Assembly: GCA_025839675.1 (NCBI GenBank)
Contig: CP104013.1
Coordinates: 1,920,001-1,952,000 of the forward strand
DNA from: Candidatus Lokiarchaeum ossiferum
GTDB taxonomy: Archaea > Asgardarchaeota > Lokiarchaeia > Sigyniarchaeales > Promethearchaeaceae
Direction: 5' to 3'
DNA: 32,000 nucleotides
Under the pieces are notes generated by a model. It did no database searches. It worked only from the letters and a program-made list of their open reading frames with translations, and was not told the origin of the DNA. Positions 27,330-32,000 of the stretch are shown here, one piece after another (positions within the stretch are counted from its first letter, which is position 1; every line of letters starts with the position of its first letter). The position numbers were made by a program, and so were the translations under genes.

Positions 27330-27825
27330 ATGTATCCAAAAGAAGGATCGAAAAACAGTTTATCCCCTTAAAATTTTTCTGATTCTCTCTGAGATTTGTA
27401 TTATATTGGCAGACTGTTTTGCAGTTCTCAACAATCGTGCTAAAGTTCCCGAAAAATGGCCCACTTGCAATGGAATCGTGTGAGAATCTGAAATTATTAT
27501 ATCAAAAAAGAAAGACTCACAAAATTCACACACCACGATGTATAGTCCACATGTGATCTATCAATATAATGTATCTGGAATAGGGTACAATTCTTCCTAA
27601 ATATACCGAACGGAAGGTGAGATATCATCTTCAAATTGTGATTCAATTGAACAAATAGTGAATCAATTCAAAATTGGGAAAAAAATTGATGTATATTATA
27701 ATCTTGCTAATCCCAAAGATTTTGCCTTAATCCCTGACCCACCCTCGTCCTTCTTTATCTTTATAACTGCATTTAGCGTCTTAGCAATTGGATTTTTCTT
27801 ATGTGCTTTCATCTTAGATTATTAG
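27330..27825 (+). pseudogene. DUF3592-like membrane protein pseudogene (two in-frame stops, no clean start)
   Basis: The frame ending at TAG 27823-27825 reads ...LKIFLILSEICIILADCFAVLNNRAKVPEKWPTCNGIV*ESEIIISKKKDSQNSHTTMYSPHVIYQYNVSGIGYNSS*IYRTEGEISSSNCDSIEQIVNQFKIGKKIDVYYNLANPKDFALIPDPPSSFFIFITAFSVLAIGFFLCAFILDY. The stops are TGA at 27481 and TAA at 27598. The layout TM-W..G.V...Y.P.V.Y.Y.V.G..Y...V.V.Y.P.NP-TM is the DUF3592 pattern. The only nearby ATG (27330) is in another frame. Confidence 0.55.
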
Positions 27826-27950
27826 CTAAAGAAAAACGATCCATTTCATAATATCCCTTAATTTCATGGGAGAGGAAATTTCTAAAAATAATTAAGTCGG
27901 GAAGAAATAGATTAATTTAGAATTACCCATAAGTAAAGAGTTGAACCTCA

Positions 27951-28199
27951 GTGCCCTTCTTTGATATTAGAAATTTTCTTATAAAATTGCAATGGACCGA
28001 CTATCCCACCAAAGACCAAATAAAGATTGTTTATCGCGCACGAGGTGCCCCCAATGATGAAAATACGGTTACTTGGAATCAAATCACTAAAGTTGAAAAA
28101 ATGGGTATGGATCTCATGGATGAAACCTACATCCCTTTTCATCGTATATTACGTATTACTAATGGGGAAGAAATACTTTACGTTAAACAAAGATTTTAG
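27951..28199 (+). CDS. UPF0248 / MJ1316-domain (DUF504) protein
   Basis: An 82-aa product with a GTG start. IRNFLIKLQW...IKIVYRARGAPNDENTVTWNQI....YIPFHRILRI matches the remembered UPF0248 pattern (LnkLkW...i.Y.hRGap...i.g..I....IPyHRI). Confidence 0.7.
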   Translation: MPFFDIRNFLIKLQWTDYPTKDQIKIVYRARGAPNDENTVTWNQITKVEKMGMDLMDETYIPFHRILRITNGEEILYVKQRF

Positions 28200-28444
28200 C
28201 ATTTTTAGAAGTAAATACAATTTAATGGTCAAATTGGTAGGAAATTTTTCCTTTCTCTCTGAATACAAAAAATCAATTAGATTTCCTACTCGAATTTTTT
28301 AAGTATTTAAATAATCTAATTCCTTAAAACTCGCAGAATATAAAGTTAAATTGGATTCAGATTACTAACTGCAAAACTGTCACCATCAATGAAACCAATA
28401 ATTTTTTAATCATTGAAGAACTTCTTTTGTTACAAACCAACCGT

Positions 28445-28551
28445 GGGGAATTAGTCTAGCTTGGTATGATACTTGGTTTGGGATTTTAGCTCGTTTCGTG
28501 CTAATACAAAACACCAAGAGGTCTGGAGTTCAAATCTCTGATTCCCCACCA
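28445..28551 (+). tRNA. tRNA-Pro (anticodon UGG) with a 30-nt intron at canonical position 37/38; encoded CCA
   Basis: Acceptor is GGGGAAT/ATTCCCC. Anticodon stem is CTTGG/CCAAG. The loop is TTTGGG^[intron]^A, giving anticodon TGG and G37. T-arm is TGGAG-TTCAAAT-CTCTG. Discriminator A is followed by CCA, then T-runs. Confidence 0.9.
28483..28512 (+). other. Archaeal tRNA intron (bulge-helix-bulge substrate)
   Basis: The central 4-bp helix pairs T32-G35 (TTTG) with intron nt 25-28 (CAAA). Two 3-nt bulges, GG^A and AC^A, flank it. The intron's internal helix is TTAGC/GCTAA (28486-28490 / 28500-28504). Confidence 0.8.
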
Positions 28552-28716
28552 TTTTTCTCTTTTTAAAACATTTTTCTTAAATTCTATCTTGGTTTTGAGA
28601 TTAAAAAATGACATATTAGATTGATTCCCAAAAAATCATTCGCAATTATGTAACGGTGATTTAAATAGATTAACCAATACATCAATTAATTTGCTAGATT
28701 TAGCATCAAGAAGCCT

Positions 28717-30660
28717 TCAACTCTCCTTTCGACAATTATAGCAATAATCAGGCACATTTAAAGGAGCCCCACAATGAGAACAATATTTATTTTTTTTCTT
28801 TTTTTCTTTTAAAAGTCTTTTTTGCTGAATATTGTTAGGCTGTGAAAATTTTTTCCGGATAATGTTTCTAGCATAAAAGGTGAGAAATATAATTACGGGA
28901 GACAAAAAGAACAATGTCGCCAGTATATTCATGAGAGGTGTATTTCGAAAACTTCCCGGAATTTTTTCATAAGTAAAATCCCATAAATAGAAGTACACTT
29001 TATTCAGAGAATTTCGGGCGAGATTCTCGCAACTAAAAGAATATACAGAATGTTTATTACTTGTAAATAAGAAAGAACAAGGTGCTAACTCAACAATCAT
29101 ATTTTGGAGTTCATGATAAATTTCTTCGCGTAAGGAGGGATTAGATTCAAATAATCCTTCATTCAATTTAGTATCAATAACGGAGTTATTGATAGAAACA
29201 TAATTATAATTAGATGTACTCAAGAATAAAGCGTTGAGAATATTACTTGGATCGTTGTAATTTGGTTCCCATTCCAACATAAATATTTGAAATTTATGAT
29301 CTGACAAACTACCCGGGAATTCTTTCCAAGTCATTCCATTTAATTCGAGCCTAATCCCTATTTTGGCGAAGGTTGCTTGACATAATTCTCCGATTTCTTC
29401 ATGTAATTTGTTATTTGAATTGTATCCATATTGATAAGTTTCAATAGTGATTGTCTCCCAATCTTCATCGGATGAACTATGTTGTATATGGGCCCAATTT
29501 TCAGGAGTATCCATGCCTTGTTCATTCATAGTCACTGCTTGTATCAAGTGCATTCGAGCTTCGGTTAAATTCATGGCTGGAGCAAAAATAGATGGATCAT
29601 GATATAATATTCCTTTTGGTATAGCAGAAGTCATCCTGGCCAACTCATTTCTACCCAAGTTCTTAATTATATAAGAATAATTGATGGCACTTTGTAAAGC
29701 TTTACGCGTGTGAACATCTAATCTGGTATTGTCAAAGCCTAAAAAACTAATATCAGTACTTGCCATCCTTTCTCTTACATTGTGATATTCACTGGCTTCA
29801 TATTCATCCATAAATTCTGTGGAAACATAATCTACAAAATCAAGATTTCCATTGAAAAAGTCCTGATTCTTATGGAGTTCATTATCATATAAAATCCAGT
29901 GCATTTCCAAAATATCAGGTGCCTCAACATAATAATTTCCACCCCAGTATTCTGTAAAGTATTCTAATTTGATTAATCGATCTTGATGGGAAACTTGTTG
30001 GTATGGTCCAGTTCCAATTAATGTGTCCTTCATAGGCTGTATAATATTATCCAGAGAAAAATAGTTGCCTTCTGGTAAAATAACCGACCCCGTGTGGCAC
30101 AATAAGGCTTCAAATGCAGTAAATTTGTAGTTTAAAACAAATCTTACATGAGTAGAATTTAATACTTCCGTGCGATTAATTAAAAGAGGAGTAACAGGAA
30201 AATTGGCTTTCAAGGGCATATATAATCTCGCAATTGGCGTGGGAGTCTGGTTTAAACAGAAAAGAGTTAATCTATCAAAAGAAAATACCACATCCTCAGG
30301 ACCAAATGAAGAATCATCATGGAATGATATATTTTGTTTTAACTCAAGAGTGTAATTCCATTGTGAATTGTAATATCCAAGATTAGATTTGACCCATTGC
30401 CCAAAATCTACAGCCAGCAGGGGCATAATTGAACACTCTGGATCAGTTAAATTATAAGAAAAAAGCCCTTCCATTATTTGATCGATCATTTCAAAGGAAG
30501 CACGGTCATTGGCCAAATGAGGATCTAGATCTACTGCAAGCAAAGATTTACCGTAAATCATGGGTCGATCTTCTAAATTAGATTCTCCAGAAGCTAGGAG
30601 GGGGTAGAATAAACATCCAGTTAGGAACATAAATAGAAGTATGAATGAATTTGTTTTCAT
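28717..30660 (-). CDS. Family-5 (Opp/Dpp/Nik-type) solute-binding protein with a C-terminal TM anchor and cytoplasmic zinc ribbon
   Basis: Signal is MKTNSFILLFMFLTGCLFYPLLASG. The SBP_bac_5-type N-terminal block is GKSLLAVDLDPHLANDRASFEMIDQIMEGLFSYN, and the ectodomain has a typical length. The TM helix LMNILATLFFLSPVIIFLTFY is at nt 28873-28935. It is followed by a basic linker and CSHCGAPLNVPDYCYNC (CxxC-x9-CxxC). Confidence 0.85.
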   Translation of the reverse strand: MKTNSFILLFMFLTGCLFYPLLASGESNLEDRPMIYGKSLLAVDLDPHLANDRASFEMIDQIMEGLFSYNLTDPECSIMPLLAVDFGQWVKSNLGYYNSQWNYTLELKQNISFHDDSSFGPEDVVFSFDRLTLFCLNQTPTPIARLYMPLKANFPVTPLLINRTEVLNSTHVRFVLNYKFTAFEALLCHTGSVILPEGNYFSLDNIIQPMKDTLIGTGPYQQVSHQDRLIKLEYFTEYWGGNYYVEAPDILEMHWILYDNELHKNQDFFNGNLDFVDYVSTEFMDEYEASEYHNVRERMASTDISFLGFDNTRLDVHTRKALQSAINYSYIIKNLGRNELARMTSAIPKGILYHDPSIFAPAMNLTEARMHLIQAVTMNEQGMDTPENWAHIQHSSSDEDWETITIETYQYGYNSNNKLHEEIGELCQATFAKIGIRLELNGMTWKEFPGSLSDHKFQIFMLEWEPNYNDPSNILNALFLSTSNYNYVSINNSVIDTKLNEGLFESNPSLREEIYHELQNMIVELAPCSFLFTSNKHSVYSFSCENLARNSLNKVYFYLWDFTYEKIPGSFRNTPLMNILATLFFLSPVIIFLTFYARNIIRKKFSQPNNIQQKRLLKEKKKKNKYCSHCGAPLNVPDYCYNCRKES

Positions 30661-30931
30661 AAAACTTTCCTTTCGTATATTTGGGGATCTATAATAGAAA
30701 ATAGTGGCAAGCTTATTTTAAAGTAGTGGAAAAAGTCTCCACCAATCCTTATGTTAAGAACAAAATTAGTAATCCTCAAATTAAAGATTGTAGATCAAAT
30801 TGTATTTCTGAGTATTCCATGTGAACACCTGAGGTTTTGTAGGAGTGGATTTATTTACGAAATTTCGAATAGTAACAATACTAAGACTTTTTTTTTAACT
30901 ATAAAAAGTCAATGAGAAATAAGTGAAAATA

Positions 30932-31402
30932 ATGGTTGATACATCGAATGTAATTAGAAACGGTCCAAAAGTGACCCGTCCGAACATGACAAATGCCACT
31001 TCGGAGAAACAAATTGACGCATACTTTGATATGGCAAACCCAGAAGCAAAATGGCGGAATATAATAATTATTGTAGTGGGTTTGATGAATCTGATATTAA
31101 TAGGAATAATGTTTGCCTACATTGAAGATGAATTTTGGTTAGTGGTGGCGATAATAGTTGCCGTGATAACAATTTTCCCTGCAATTTTATTGGTATTTAA
31201 AAAAAAATCAGAATATCGTTTCTTTACTTATTGCATCAATGTGTACGGGATAGTGGCAGCGATATCCATTTTTAGTGCTATCATGATACTTCCAATTATA
31301 ATTACTTTAGTTTTCATGGTTGATGTAATTTCTACGGATTTTGCGCTGCAACCTCAAGGAATAGCAAGTAAGAACATGGAAACGGATGAAAGATTGGATT
31401 AA
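30932..31402 (+). CDS. Hypothetical membrane protein (about 4 TM helices)
   Basis: The ORF is open from GTG 30923. The first ATG is at 30932 (MVDTSNV). It has four long hydrophobic segments and no motif. Confidence 0.5.
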   Translation: MVDTSNVIRNGPKVTRPNMTNATSEKQIDAYFDMANPEAKWRNIIIIVVGLMNLILIGIMFAYIEDEFWLVVAIIVAVITIFPAILLVFKKKSEYRFFTYCINVYGIVAAISIFSAIMILPIIITLVFMVDVISTDFALQPQGIASKNMETDERLD

Positions 31403-31724
31403 ACGAAACACAAACCAAAGAATATGAAGGATATGGCACTTGCAGTGAGAACTACGTGTGAAAATAAACTCGCTGTAAGGATATTTTTTATCATCTTTTT
31501 TTTCACCCTGTAAGCATGGATACATAACTTGTCTTAAATAAAATTATGGATCTTTCTAAAGCAAAATCTTTAAACTAAGTAAAGAAGAGACGAGAAACGT
31601 ATTCAATATTCTTCCATTAATAAAAATATGGAACGAATAAGAGAATATATTTTAAGCGATTATTTTCCGAATATGCAAAATATTTTCCGTAGTTTTTTAT
31701 ACTACATTTACCAATAAATTGTTA

Positions 31725-31949
31725 ATGAACTTACATAACAGTAATATTACTGCCACATTAGGAACAACAACAAAAACAAATTCTCTGTCGATATATCTTC
31801 CAAAAGGAGTCATACGTTTCATTAATCACTTGAAAAATACGTGGAAAGTATATCTTATTACCTCAATAACAGCCCTTATCTTTTTCATCTTATTTCAATT
31901 GGAGATTGCAATGCAACCGGAAGGATGGCGCGCCTATCAATTTCCCTAA
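31725..31949 (+). CDS. Possible small membrane protein
   Basis: A 74-76-aa ORF (TTG 31719 or ATG 31725) with one hydrophobic helix, LITSITALIFFILFQL. It is short and unsupported by any motif. Confidence 0.2.
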   Translation: MNLHNSNITATLGTTTKTNSLSIYLPKGVIRFINHLKNTWKVYLITSITALIFFILFQLEIAMQPEGWRAYQFP

Positions 31950-32000
31950 TAACAATTTTAAAAAAGTGGTAGGGGTAAAAGAGAAAAATTAAGATCTGCT

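Noticed and set aside
27481-27600. Stop-codon reassignment (TGA or TAA read as sense) as an explanation for the in-frame stops in the DUF3592-like frame.
   Set aside because: TGA (histidine kinase), TAG (7456-8166) and TAA (most genes) all terminate well-supported genes at family-typical lengths in this window. A pseudogene is the simpler reading.
27948-28302. Track ORFs 27948-28142 (-) and 28027-28302 (+), which overlap the UPF0248 gene.
   Set aside because: The 27951-28199 (+) frame carries the recognisable UPF0248/MJ1316 pattern. The other two are overlapping alternative frames without motifs.
31307-31525. A 72-aa minus-strand ORF overlapping the 3' end of the membrane-protein gene 30932-31402.
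   Set aside because: It has Cys/His/Arg-rich odd composition, overlaps a more plausible gene and has no motif.
1-32000. I looked for CRISPR arrays, rRNA genes, transposases or integrases, long direct or inverted repeats bounding an island, and toxin-antitoxin or restriction-modification-like pairs.
   Set aside because: I could see no regularly spaced repeats, rRNA-like sequence, recombinase motifs or recognisable defence-gene motifs by eye. The tRNA-proximal gap at 27068-27950 contains only the decayed DUF3592-like gene.

Overview
This is an AT-rich archaeal chromosomal segment. The archaeal call rests on a family-B DNA polymerase, a tRNA-Pro with a canonical bulge-helix-bulge intron, the beta subunit of ADP-forming acetyl-CoA synthetase, an Lrp/AsnC regulator and a UPF0248/MJ1316 protein. 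The low GC, the large sequon-rich surface proteins and a Roadblock/longin-like module suggest an Asgard (Lokiarchaeia-like) host; that is inference only. I support about 27 protein genes, 2 tRNAs and 1 pseudogene. I saw no CRISPR array, rRNA, transposase or integrase. Recognisable genes are acdB, a SERCA-like P2A Ca2+-ATPase, a CinA-N/MoCF-fold protein, a minimal histidine kinase, a thiolase, PolB, a membrane-anchored C25 (gingipain-like) peptidase, a Zn-dependent alcohol dehydrogenase, an Lrp/AsnC regulator divergent from an AsnA-like class II aaRS core, a CheY-like receiver and a family-5 solute-binding protein. The strongest candidate for a novel system is the minus-strand cluster 23520->19738. 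It encodes a coiled-coil protein, an 865-aa single-pass protein (large glycosylated ectodomain, one TM helix, cytoplasmic Roadblock/longin-like domain) and a small acidic helical protein. Other leads are:
- an orphan solute-binding protein with a C-terminal TM anchor and a cytoplasmic zinc ribbon;
- a PolB with a Lys/Ser-rich N-terminal extension encoded through A17 and A13 tracts;
- an RNase HII-like protein with a divergent active site and a polybasic tail;
- a DUF3592-like pseudogene;
- an MJ1316-family gene next to the intron-containing tRNA.
All family calls come from motif recognition by eye and from memory. No searches were run.
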